64,000 nt of DNA from Schmidtea polychroa (taxonomy: Eukaryota). The notes under the pieces were generated by a model, which made no database searches, had not been told where the DNA came from, and saw only the letters and a program-made list of their open reading frames with translations. Both the position numbers and the translations under genes were made by a program. Positions 24,801 through 39,300 of this stretch are shown here, piece after piece (within the stretch, counting starts at the first letter, position 1; each line of letters begins with the position of its first letter). The stretch is taken from the NCBI GenBank assembly GCA_044892525.1, contig CM097885.1:171616001-171680000 (forward strand). The letters are read 5' to 3'.

Positions 24801-27800
24801 TTTATCACATGAAATAAAGTGACACAATCGTGCAATGAGTTTTATTAGTTCTATTATTACTATTATTATGTAAATTTTCTTTAGTTTATTTTTTCAAGTT
24901 ATTTTGCTAGATTCAAATGAGCGTTCGAAAAATGTAAGTGACTAGAAATTTTAACTCCACGATTAATAATAAGTCTTCCATTGCCTGTCGTAGTAGTTCT
25001 TTTTCTCTGTATGCGTGTACAATTTACAACTAGCTCCTGTATGTATATTATTGACAACAAAATGTTACAGAGACCAAATTTTCGTCGATCGATTATAAAT
25101 TTAAATTTGAATTCAATGATTTTAATTGAGACTAATCATTTTTCACAATTTAAAAAAAAATTTATATATAAAATATATATATCGGATTGGAAGTTGATAA
25201 ATTATGGTAATATTTGTAAATCAAATAATCTGGATAGGAAATTGAATAAAATTATCTGCATAAAATGATCAATATGTTTATTGTAATTAAAAATGATAAA
25301 AACGATGAAAAAGTGATTTGAAAAATAATATCCTCAAAAATGTGAGTGTATGAGAAAAGTGTAAGAAAACATAAAAAGAATCAATAAAAATAAATCCCAA
25401 GGGTTGTAATATATTATTTTATGGTGGTCACTCTGTTTTGTGTAAAAATGTTGGTACATGTCCTAATTGTTTATGTTCATTTCGTTGTAAAATGCATTAA
25501 TAAACCATCAAAAATTGTGTGTTGAACAAAAGTTATTTTCCATTGTGAAGAATACAAATATTTCAGGTAATATCATTACAAAAATAAAGTACCATTTATT
25601 TGCTATGTTGATTTTGAATGTTGGAATTGGAAAAATGATGAAAGAATAGAACAAAAACGGTTTTGCTATGGATTATATAAATCCTGAATTAATTAAATCA
25701 AAATATTATGGAGAAGATGCTGTGGTAAAATTTTCAGAAACTACTGGTGTATTAAATAAAATATTCAAGAAAATATTTAAACTTAATTTCCCAATAAATT
25801 TTAAAGATAAAGCTTATATAGAAAAAAGATTTGAAGCTAAAAGAAATAAAGATAAATTAGATTATTTCTTTTATAAACTAATAAACAACTCATTTTATTG
25901 CAAGACTTTGGAAAATGTAAGGAATCGACAGAATATTAAAATAGTAAATGATAAAAAACAGTTTCAATATTTAGTTGCAAAAGCAGGATTTGAGTTAAAA
26001 TATTTTCAGAAGATTGTGCTACAGTTCATTAAAAAAAAGTTCAATAAAATTTGACAAATTTAATTTTGTCGGATTTCTTATTTTAGAACTATCAAAATTA
26101 GTAATGTATGATGTTATTTGAAAAACTTATCAATATAATTTTAAAATACATTATGGAGATACCGACTCAATGATTTTAGAATTAATTAATAACGAATCTA
26201 TAGATAAAATTAATGATTATATCGATGATGTAAAACTAAGATATTTTAAAGATGAAATGGGTAAAGGGAAAAAAATTATGAGATTCTGTGGTTTAAAATC
26301 TAAAATGTATTTTCTAGATATTCTAGATTTAGAAAAAAATAAAAGGTCATACAAAACCATCCATAATAAATTTTACTTTTAATGTGGCCGTGATGAAAAA
26401 GTTCAAAAAGCAGTTGAAAGTTGGGGCCATCATATATTATTTGAAAACCATAGAAAGAAAGCTCCAGATGCTTAAGACCATAAAATATATATTTTAAGTG
26501 ATGGAAAAAAAACACTTCCTTTTATAAATTATAAAACAAGTTTTATTAACAAGTTGGAAGAAATTAATAAAAAATATAATACAAATTTAATTGATTTAGA
26601 TATAGTTGATGCTAGAATTAGATATCGTTAGTTGTTTAATGAACTTTAGTTTTTTCATGTTTCGCTTTGTGCGCTTTTGAAATGTTTTCATTACAAGGTT
26701 TGCAAAAATATTGTTTAATAGACATTTTTATACCAAGAATTTTTCCTCAAATATTTTCCCCAAGTATTATATTTGCACAAGAATTATTTTTCCCAAATAT
26801 TTTCCAAGTATTTTTCGACCTTCACCCCACGACACCCATGACCTGAAAATCCTCAAGTGTCCAAGTACCGAGAGTTCCCAAGTCCCTGAGTCCTCATACC
26901 CGAGAGAATAGCCGAAAGTCCTCAAGTACCCAAACATTTTTCTAATAATTTGTTTGCTGAGAATTATTTTTCCCAAGAATTTTCCAAAAATTATTATTTT
27001 TTATGGAATTATAAAAATATTATTTTTTTCCTGAGAAATTAATAAAGACTATTTTTCTTAGAGTAGTAGTAAAAGGCATAAGAAAGTTTAATCCTTCGCA
27101 ATGTTTATCGACTCCTTATTTTCTAGCCGGTTAACTGTATGTAATTTCTCTTCAATTGTAATGATTGTTCTTTTTTGATTTTCAACATCTATAGGAGTGA
27201 ATCAAAAGAAAATTTTAAATATGCAAGATATTACTTTTTTAATCAATATGGATGCATTTATTTTATTGATATAAATCAATAAATAAATGGTTTATAATAA
27301 CAACTGTACTTTGTATAGATTATTATATATTTAATCTTACAGTTTTGGAAAATGGACTTAGGTTAAAATGTAACTTAAAAATTTAAATTTAGTCCGAATA
27401 AACGGGACTATATTGTATAATGTATTTAATTTGTTGCATCACGAATTTTGATGATCTTATACTTATCATGAACTACTGATATCTATGTTTGGTTTCTTCC
27501 AAACAAGACACTCTCAGCACTGTAAGGTTAAACTAATAAACCTTATTTTATAATGCAGTGGTTCTAAAACTATTATTTATGACCCGTAAATTGAGTAGTG
27601 TGAAATTGTTATGCCACAGCCAATTTTCAAGCTAATATTTTATTTATATTCATTTTAAGACTTTAAATTTTGGTTTATGATAAATAAATCTGGTGGTTAG
27701 TTGAATAGATGTCGCGTTGAAACTGTTAAATATTTTTGTTCATATTTGTTTTGTTTATGTTTGTTTCATATATCTGTTCTTTTGTTTTCTTTTAAAATTT

Positions 27801-30800
27801 CATTTATTTTTTTTATAACCATAGATTAAATTTGTGTTAAATCAGTTTTTGTTTTTTTAAGTAGAAAGTAAGCAATTTAGTGATGACAATGTATTGCGTG
27901 TACTTATGTTATGATATATGACAATGGTAACTCATAAAGTAATTATAAATAGGGAGATTTTTTAATACCTAAGAAATTTCTAATTATATACCTCTACAAT
28001 TTTAAATTCCTATATAAAATGAAGTAGTTTAATTATTATTTTATAAATAAAGAATGAATAAATTAATGTTTTCGATGTTTTTTAATTTTTGAATTTCAAA
28101 ACTCTTACGCGAAAATACGTGAACTCTTAGTATCACAGGAGTAAATCATGGTTTAGATTTTGTGGAATATCAGATTGTATTGTTTCTGGGTGTCGGATTT
28201 TTTTTGGGATTCCATTTATACAAATATTGAATTAATTATTTCGTGTTAGACTGACCATAATTGATGAAATAATAAATCATTTTTAAGAAATAAGTACTAT
28301 TATAAATAATGAATAAACAGTTGATTTCAGTTATGATAATTATAATTGGATTACTTCCAGCTTGTTCATGATTGGTTAATTTTTTGGGAAAATTATATCA
28401 ATCATTTTGTTGATATCTTAATATTGTGGTTTGGGCTAGGAATAATTAAATGACAGCAATCTCACACAAATGAGATGGTATCACATGTTTATAATTATTA
28501 TTTTTATTTATTTTAAACAACACTGACTCATAGGAAAATTAAAAATATTTGAGTTTGATAAATACAAGATTCATTCCTAGTGAATTAGTATTTTTTTATT
28601 ATCTCCTTATTATCAACTCATTTATTATCTCCAAGAGGTGTTTACTAAACAATTCTTTGGGTGACATCATGAATCTAATCACATAAGAGAGAGTAATAAG
28701 GCTCTCGAATCATCATTATTCTTTTTTTATCACCCTAACCCAGGGGTGCCCACTAATTTTACATAATATTTATTTCCAATGCAATAAATTCATCACAATA
28801 AAACAAATATATAAATATAAAATTTAAAGTATATAACTATTTATAAAAAATGTATGTAACTTTTAAAAGTTAAGAAATCAAATTTAATGAAAATTAATTT
28901 TTCGAGTAATCAGCTATAGAATTTTTTTATGTTGATGCTCTACATTGGGTTGAATCCACTAGATTTTTGTAGTTTGGGATATAATACTAAGACAATTTCT
29001 TAGGCTGGGTTCCAAATCGTCGTCTGTTAATATTGCTCGGTACTTTGACTTTATAATTTGCATATGTGAAAAAGCAGACTCACATAAATAAGTTGAACCA
29101 AAAAATGCAACTAAATTTCCGAATTATTTTATCAAGTTTGAATATTTATCCTCTGATAGATATCTCCATACATTTTGTTGGGACGATCTTGATTTAATTA
29201 AGATATCATTTTATTATATCATTTATTACAAATATTATTTTTTCTAAGTTGTAGAAATTGAATTAATATTTTATTTAAAATTAGTCCAAACGAAGAGAGC
29301 CGTCTTTCTGCTATGAAAGTGTGCCTAAGCAAGCTGCCGGTGGCATATTTCAATAACCTCAGTTATTTGATTGGATTTCTAGCGAAAGTATCCACATATA
29401 GTGACAAAAATAAAATGACTCCTGCCAATCTTGGAATTGTATTTGGACCGAATTTATTATCGGCAGACAGTTCATCGAGTGGACTCTATAACAATTGTAT
29501 AAGTTCTACCAACACAGTCAGGAAAAAATTGCGAAGTGTATCCAACGCCAATCAAATGATGAAAAAGCAATCCAGTAATATCATTGATAGCACTAAAAAT
29601 TGCAATTCTGTTGATAGCAATGGATTGTTATCAATTGATGATTCAATACGAAATGGGAAACTAAATTACCGATATGAAGAAGATTGCATGTAATTTTATT
29701 TTTAGTTATCAATGGGGGTTTTACTATGATCTCTATTGTACGACTCCAATACGGACAATAGCGACTACAATAGTAGCACATTGTTGTGTTTTAAGTGCAT
29801 TTTCTTCAACAAAACAAATATCAATCCAACTTATGCAACTTCATGGTTTTCAATAAGTGTCTAAATTTTGTAATATTTCAATTTATTTTTTTTAACATAC
29901 AAATTATTTTTTTCATGGAAAGGTTTCAATATATGCATTTCCAACGATTAGATTAAATTTTTGAAAAAGGAGATATTCGTTAAAGTCATTTTAATTCTTT
30001 TTTTATTAATAACAGTAAACCTTATTTGTAACTTCAAAATCACGTTAAAATCATTACTACACAAAATGTACAAAATTTTGCTTCAATGTTACAAATATAG
30101 TTCTTGTTTTTTTTACTAGATTCGATATCTTTCTTTTTTGCCAGCCTATATCCAAATGCTTCTTGTAATTCTACTCCTCCAATCACCTCTGATGTTACTT
30201 TCTCCGCCACAATGAATCTAACTTCCTTGGAAATATCTCCGATAGTTACTTTAACCTTTGTTCTTCCAATTGTCTCTATCGTACTTTCGTTTGCACAGCA
30301 TAACTTATCGTCGCTTCTCATCAATTGTTGTCCTCGTAACTTGTTAAAACTTTTCACACTCATTACGTTTATTCGTGCTCCGGTGTCTAATAAACAGTCG
30401 AAAATTTCCCCATTCATCATTACTGTTACACTAGGTCTTCCCTGTAGCTTGTTATATATTCTGCTTCCGTATTTATTTGAATGCTTGTAGGCATTAGAAT
30501 TATAAAAAAAATATATCTTTAAAATCGATTTATAATTTATATTAAAAAATTATAAATATATTGGTATTTTTATTAGGCACCATAGGGGGAAAATATATGT
30601 TGTTAAAGGATTTCTTAAAGTTTTTGAAAAGTATTTTTAAAACGTTCTGTTATGTTCCCTAAAGCTTCTACCAATTTCACATTACGAAATTTATTCGTTT
30701 TCCTTTATTAATTCCAAATGATTAGTTATCATATTTACGTCTATTTGTGGTTGACTAAAATGTGAGTATTTTAAATAATCCTCTCATGTCGATCAATTTT

Positions 30801-33279
30801 TAAAATTATTAAAAAACCTTGAGATTTGTTTCAACCAGTACTAGATCAGTTTCAATTCAGTTAAAATGAGACTGGAGTAATAAACATATGTGCACATGAA
30901 CTGAGTGAGACTTGAAAGAAAACACCAGTATATATCTACTTTATAATCAAAATTTTGAAAACGTAACGTCATCACCCAGACAAAAGTTTCAGAGATCACT
31001 CTGTCGCATCGAGTTACTTTAACAACATAATTCATCAACTGAATGAAAATCGTTTGATCTTAAGAAAATCACGTTTATAGAGTAGTTAAATGGTTCAAAA
31101 TAATCAGTACATCCATGAGAAGATGTAGGATGACCTGTTGGTATAAATCATATTAAAGTTGCAAATTTTACAGAAACACATTCCTAATGAAAGATGAAAA
31201 ATCGCTAAACATAATTAAAAGTTTTATTCATGAATAATTTGAATTTCAGCTTTACAAAAGTTGATATCAAAAGCTTTAAGCTATTGATAGTAAAATGTAT
31301 TTTTTTCAAGAAAAACAAGCGAAACAATAATTTGAGAAACATTATAATAGAATATAATATATTTTCTGTTTTTAAAACAACCATCTATAATACAAGCATC
31401 AACCTTATTTGTCTTTGGAAGGTACAAATGATGATATAATAATATTTACAGTGATTTTTAGGAAATGAAATATATTAACCCTCAAAATTTTGCTTCGGTG
31501 TAGAAAAGACTTTAGAATATACTGTGAATATTTCAACAGAACTGAGTAATTTTTTTCACAAAATCAGTTAGTGAAATATTTTTTTTCACCATTAACAATT
31601 AAATATACAGAACAATGAGCGGTAGTTTTACATCTATTTTTTCTTCAATATTTCCATTTGTGAAATCGACTGGTAAAGTTAACCTAGCATAACATATGGC
31701 TAGAAATGAAATAAATTTGAATAATTTTTTTAACATATTTATTTGTGTACGTCCTAAATTGTTATGTACCCTGTATTTACAGGCCTGGGACGCGCACGAC
31801 TCACAAGGCATATTAATTAGGAATAAATAATATGTTCTCGGCCACATATTCACAGAATTTAAAACCAACTGAACCGTGAAATAGAAAAAACGTATGATAC
31901 AATTTATCACATAGTACACCTAGACGTTATAAATGTATATTTAATTCCTTTTTGTGGCGACTCCCTGAATGGGAACTCTAAATGTGTAAAATGGACAGAT
32001 AAGAGAATAATTATTATGATTATTGGCACATTTCAAGCTAGACTTGAATAATATAAACAATCAAGTGATAGTCAATGATAAATAATTTCAGAGTAATGAT
32101 TATTAATTATATGATACTTAATCACAGAAAATGATGGAATTATATTTGAATTATTTTCACAGCAACTTTTATTCGTAATTCATTAAAACTGAAACTTCAA
32201 TCACAGGGAATACATAATACAAATATTCTTTCCCACTTTTGGATGTTGCGCTTATCGTTTTTTTTAAACAAAATTCATCTGTAAAATAATTTTTTTTAAA
32301 GATAGAAAAGTATTACGCTGAATTTTTGAAACATTTAATATTCATTTCGATATTTTATTTTTTAAATTTTAAATTCAATATTTTAGGTCCAAATCTATGA
32401 TGGCATCAAATAATCATTGTTTCGTTATTGAACTTCTTATTAGCAATTTCAATTATTTCTTTCCAAACCAGACAAGTTTATAACTTTATGGAGTTTATCA
32501 TAATCAAATAAATTTTATAATTTAGCCCAATTTTCTTCAAACATTCCACCGAAGGTCTTTCCAAATAACTTTCGAACGAAACGCCAAAACAGTTTTAATG
32601 GTCACAGTTCAAATGATTGTGCACATATAAAGCATAAAATTAATTTACCATCATCTTCAGCAAAAAATATTCCTTCTACTGACAACAATACTGAATCATA
32701 TGTAAATAACTCTCAACAACAATCTTCCTTATCTACCCAACATCCTCGTCGAGTATCAATGGATTCCTCAACGCCTACTGAAATGTCAACTTCTGTTACC
32801 AAATCTTTAGCAACTACTCCTACGGGTAATTTGGATTATTTTTTACATTAGTTTTAATATTAAGTCTATAAATATTTGAATAAAAATCTCGAATTTTAAG
32901 TTATTTTAAATGTTATGTAATCAGCAAAATTATACTTCCTTGACATCTTATATATTTTGTCCACGCATTCCTTTAATTTAATGTGCGGTAAAATTAAAGA
33001 TATGTATCGTAATTGCATTAATAATAGTAATATGACAATGTCGCAGTTATTATTAAGGCTATGATTATTAGTAATTGTTTTATAAAACAATAAAGTGATA
33101 ATTTAAGGCTTTTTGCTTCGAATAATGTATTTAATGAAAATGTTTTTGACTATAAGGATTATCTTATAATCGAAAATTTTTTCATTAAATACATTATTCG
33201 CACCAAAAGGCTTAAATTATCACTTTATTGTTTTTAATAATAAATGCTGCTACCAAGAAATCATCACTTTATAATAATA

Positions 33280-33316
<37 letters not shown>

Positions 33317-36300
33317 GTACTGCTTCCTTAAAAATATTACCTAGTAAAACAATCGTTTTCTCTACACTGTAAGTATCCTATAATTATATAATTAAATATT
33401 TAATTATTATAATACATTTATTTGAATGTGTTGATAATGAAGAAATACAGAAATGTGAATTCGAATAATAAATTATGTCGTATCAATAAATTGTTGAATT
33501 TGGTATCTTCGATTACATAACATACCCTTTTAATATTATGCTTGTTAACGCTCCTGGTTAAAGTAGTTTTTGTAAAATATATTAATTCATATAAACAAAT
33601 ATTCAAAAGAAGTAGCGAGCTTAATAATTATTAAAATTGAATTGTTTTTTGTTTCTACAATTCCGAAATATTGATAAAGGAAAAGTAAAAGCACATCCTG
33701 GGTTACCATCAATTATTTTGAACAGTCGAGAATTTTGAACAATTCTAAATCTTGTTATGATTTCTGACAAGGATTATCGTGATTTTTCTTAATTCATAGC
33801 TGTATCCGCTGTGTTTTATTAGCTTTCATTAAGTTTGAAATATAATTTTTGTTAAGATAATGCGATTTTATATTAAAGATGTTTTTAATGTTTCTTTGAT
33901 GACTTTATTTTCTTTCGTTAGCCCGCATATTTAATCATTTCCGCAAAAACTAGAAAAGACTAATATATATATATATATATTTCAAAAAGCTTGACTATGA
34001 ATCAGTAAATTTATCGATGTTTTTTTTGTTATTCACGAATTTTCGGCACTGCCTTTTTCAAGTGATTTTTCAAACAAAAATCACTTGAAAAAGGTAACAG
34101 CCTTAATAATAACAGCCAAGTTCTCGACACAGCATTGAGTTGCCTCTTTAATCAGATCGTCAAATAATATATTCGTTTCAAAAAATAAAATAATGTTGTG
34201 GTTCCTCTAAGTTTTCTTTTCGCTATACATTTCACTAGACCGATCGTTGCGTATTTTAATAATTTTAGTAATAATTTATTATCAAAAAAATAAATGTAAG
34301 TTAGATTTGCGGCAATGGTTACAATTGAAAATATGAAAACAAATTACAATTGTCAAACTCATTTCGTCTCAAAATTACAAATATTCAGAAAGATGTTGAA
34401 GACGTAATCAACAAAAGTAGAAAACAGGTTTATTTTTATACATCTCAATATGATTCAACAGCATATAAATAAATATGTAGAATACATATGATAATTTTTG
34501 TTAAGGATGAATGTGTTTTGAATAAATATATAAATTTACCTTTATTAACACTAGATTTACGGGTGTCGATTATATACCTATTTTTACTGAAGTGAGCCAA
34601 TTTGACTGGAACAACGAAATTGAAGCTTTTTGCAGAAAAATTGTTTCAACTGAATTAAAATAAAAGCTTTTTACTAAAACTTTTATTGAAATCATTTTTT
34701 ACATATAATCTCTGTTGATTGCAATTAGCACTAATACTCATACATCTATTTCTGTTGCAAAATGCCTGAACTTGACAATTCTTACATACGTAAACATCAT
34801 AAATTTTCGAGAAGTGTTCTGAATATCGTAATTTGAGTTTTTTCTTAGCTCTTCGGCTAATTGATAAATAAAATCCAAGCATTGATTGCTGCTAAATTTA
34901 AGATGTTATAGAAAACTTGTTGAGGCTGTCTGCGAGAGCCTGCTTTAACATTATATTTTCTGGCCCTCTGCTCAAGTATATCCACGCCATACTTGGTGCT
35001 ATTGTAAAATTCTAATGTTTCCGGAATAAGTTTTTTATTTTTTTTAATTATTATATTTTTATGTTTTGAGCTTAGTAGTAGAACTTTTTATTGGACTTGC
35101 TTTTGTAAATGGTTAGAGTACAATTTTTAGATTTATAAAGTTTTGTTGAAAACTTTTCCATTTTATCTTTCTTAGATTTCGCAATTTTTGGAAATTCTCT
35201 TTGGTTTGGACGTATAGTACTAATCAAAGTAATTTTCTTTGCAAGTAACTTTTTTGTTAGTGAAAGGCCTGTGAAAAATTGCCTGTTGTGATATTTATTC
35301 CACAGCCTAAATATGGCTCTGTAAGCTTAGTTACTAAAAATTCGCATAGTGGAATGCTCGAATCACGAGATTCATCCTTACCCAAGTATGGAAAGCCAAG
35401 ATATACAAGATACTTGCTTCTAACATCGAATGCAGCCAAAATTTGAGGCCAAATTTATCGGGCTTGTTTGGCATGTATGTGTAAATCGGCATCTAGTTTT
35501 ACTTGGAAACAATTGCTCATCGATTGTAAGGTTTTGCTGGTTTTTGTTACAATTTTCTTTGGCTGGTTTGTAACAATTTGTTCTTGATTTTTGAAATTAA
35601 GACAAATTTTTCGGTTTCAGTCTTTCACTACGTTCGTTTTTTATCAAAACGTATGAACCGCAATATGTCCATGAATCTATCTCTTGACTTTGTTTTTGGA
35701 GAAAAAACCGGCCCCCATTTCGTAGAACACAAATATGAACATTTTAAGTTTTTGGCCTCGCATACTCCTTTAGCATATAAAATTGCTAAATAAGACCATA
35801 TTTCTAATTTTGTAACTGTCCATTCCTTATTCAAGACTCTACGAGCTTCAAGTTCGGTGCATGATTTTATATATGCCATCATGTCTTTGTCAATGATCAA
35901 TATGAAAGCACTGCTTACCGAACCGAGTATAATATGCCTTTTAGCATAGGCAGTTGAACCCGAGACTTCTTTGAATACAGTATAAACTCGCAATCTACCT
36001 ACATCTGTACCTTCTTTCAATGTTTTTCATAAAGTCCTGTCAGCAGCTTTTTCTGTAGAAATTTCTTCATTGGAAGTTATTTCAATATCATCTAATTCCT
36101 AATCAGAAATAATCCGCGCAGTTTTTTTGCTGAGAACTTTACAGCGAGAAACTTTATCTTGACTTTCGGTTCCAAAATCAGAAATAATTCTCGCTCTTTT
36201 TTGGCCAGGACCTATATAACGTAGACCCTTTTCTTCACAACTCGAAATTTCAGTGCTATTGACTCATTATAAGTATATTACCAGTCTGGTTTGTCTTCAT

Positions 36301-39300
36301 TAATTATTTTTATTGATAGCTTTATTTACATTTTTCGATTTACTTTTTCATTATTAAAATCTTACAATTTATAATTTGTTAAAAATATCGATAATTTGTT
36401 ATTTGATTCGAGAAATTTGTGCAATCATTATAACAAAATTGATTCAATTCCTAAAATTTAAATGAACTAATTCTGAAGGTAAAAAGTCCACAGATTTTCG
36501 AAATGGAACTGTATTCCCATCCTGTCTCTATCGGCGGCGCGTTAGTGATGGCACATTAAGCAATTTAAAAAATTGTAATAACGACAATTTTATCGGAAGT
36601 CTTGATATCAGTGATCTGCCAGATATCGACTCTTCCTGTATTGACGACTGTCAATCATCATCGGCTAAAAGCAGTAATGACTGTGAAGATTTTATGGATA
36701 CTCGGTCAGTTTTAACATCTGTTTTGGACACAGACAGTTTAGAACCACCAACCAATTCTCAAAGTGCCAAATATGTTCCAAAATCATTTCATGCTGATGT
36801 ATACGATACATTATTTGCATTACAGAGTCTCAATTCATATGCAGCATCGGCGGATGATTATTTGAATCGAGTTCGGTCAGTTTATGAGAGACGAATCCTA
36901 TCTAAACCATCTGATAAGGCACAAACACCACTCGTCAGACGTCAAACGATAAATACCTCTGTCAACGAAGGTAGTTAATGTAATTTTATTATAAGAATCT
37001 ATTTTTAATATTTTGTTTGTTAAAATTTCTTATTTCTGGAGATATTTTAAATTAATTAAATATTGATCGTTTTGCTTGTTATTATTCACCAAATTTATTT
37101 ATGTCACCTTTCAAGGAGTGTTTTAGATACAAAAGATTTTATCATTATATATTCATTTATTCTCGTCGCAATAGTATTTTATTGCTCTAGACAAGATATA
37201 TATCTCGGACTTTGTTTTCAGTGGCAGTTTAAAAATAATTAGTTCCTTATTCTGCTTGTATCTGAACTTGGCGAGTCTAATTTGATTGAAATTGGTTTAA
37301 AAAATTCAATTTTTCAATTTGAAATAAATTTCAAAACTCTTTCAAATACAGTAATAACTCCCTCCCTTTAATGTTCTTTTAAAATTTTAATGAAAATAAT
37401 CTTTTTGTTATTTTGTTATAAAAGTACATCTTTACAACGATCTTTATATCAAGAAAACGAAAAAAATGATGATGAAATTACTAAAAATGAAAGAAAGTCC
37501 ACATCACTCCAGTTAAAATTTGAAACCATTAGGAAAGTAGAATCTGTCATGATTAATTCAGTTAAAATTAAAACACCTATACAATTGTTGAAATTTTTAA
37601 CTGTTGCAAAAATTATCAAAATGGAAGGTATTTCAAACATGTAAATTGAATTTCAGCTTGCCAGAAGTATTCTTCTAGACCAAATAATTATTATGACAAC
37701 ACTAACTCTTTGTATTATTTATATACATTGGAACTCCAATATTCGTCCCCACCAATATTAACCTACAGTAACAATCATTGTTTTTCTCATCCAAAAGGTA
37801 AATTTCTTTTTGAAATTTTATTTACAGTGCGTATTACGCATTATTTATGGCAGTAAACTGGTTAATATGTACTGTAGTTAAATTGTACAGTATTTGAAAT
37901 GATTTCGAACAGCGATTTAGAGTTAAAAAAAAATTTGTTAAAGAATAGATAAGCAAAATTCGCGGCTGAAAACTGATTAATCCATTTTTAGTTACCCTCT
38001 AATCGCGCAGATAAGCAGCACCCGCAGATAAACCCCATTTATATATTTTTTAAAAATCACTTGACATTTTTCTAAAAGCCGCGGCTTATCTGTGCGATTT
38101 TAGGGTAATTACTATGGAAAAAAATTGTTCAATATTAGTCTTTTTCGATATTCATCATCGCCTCGGGAACGTAATTATGACGAATATTAGAGTTCCACTG
38201 TATAATGTTTATTTTGCACTGATTTCATATTTTTGCAAAGTTCGGTCCCATTTAACGTTAAAAAATTCATTAGAATTTGATCAATAAGAAATACAACGAA
38301 TGATAACGAAATTTGTGATAACATCAGTCAATAACATCAGTAAATATTGTCACGAAGAGATCCAAACATTTTGAAATCTCTAAATATCTCTCTTGTACAT
38401 TATACTATTATGTCTTACAATTCAAATCAAGGTGCCTAAATTATCGAAAAGCTACTTATTGGTAGTTATATTGCAAGAGTAGTCAATAAGCGTAACAGTT
38501 CTTTTTATTAAAAACATTTCATTGTTGAAAAATTATACTTTTTCACTTTTCTAAAAGAACTTGCAAAAGATATCACATTCCAAAATAAGTGTCTGATTTA
38601 TGAAATTTCTTTTCAATTAAATAATATATTTTCATATGCAACTTTCACTGTTATTTGAATGGTCAAAATATATTTTAAATACTTTGGTTATTTTGTTTTA
38701 TAATATTTCATTTCAAATCTTTATGAAGATCCAATGTCCAAATCAGTAACGAATGATTCATCTATAAAGTATATAGATGATCAGAATCTCACATCAAAAA
38801 CCTCCATTATCAGACGGCCAAAGCCAACAATCAATATCAAATTAAAAAATTATCGAGAGAGCTCTCCAGCCAATATTCAAACCTTGTCCAGCGATAGTAT
38901 TGATCAAATCGACAACACAAGAGCACATTATAAACCAGTTAAATGTGAGACCAAACCTTTCAAGTATTCCCCATTGTTTATTTTTAATATTAAAAATTAT
39001 CATTTATTGAATATTTTAATGGAAATTTAACAATTCATTTGGAAGAAATTATTAAATAAATGTGATACGCGTACACTTAATCCTCTGGGCAGTTAATCCC
39101 GATACATATAACAGTAGTGAAAAGTTGTGAAAGTTCTTGTGACTAGAACTATGACTTTGTTGTTTGGAGAAACCAGTAAAAGAGAAGTGACATTGGTTCA
39201 CTGATATTTTGAATATTGGAAGCATCGTGAAAATGAAAATGAACAATACACAATGCTGTGAAATTTGATTGCAAAACGAGACTAACAACTGAGTGTGACG

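Noticed and set aside
27060-27075. AGTAGTAGT as a Polinton terminus
   Set aside because: Wrong orientation for a right end, with no matching TIR or 6-bp TSD.
27556-27575. Isolated TIR-like starts (CAGTGGTTCTAAAAC here; TTAACCCATTTG ~16323; TTAACCCTTTGCAC ~40098)
   Set aside because: No partner TIR or TSD found, so element limits cannot be given.
30827-31027. Possible LTR next to the Gypsy protease fragment
   Set aside because: TG..CA ends can be picked, but there is no TSD, PBS or second copy.
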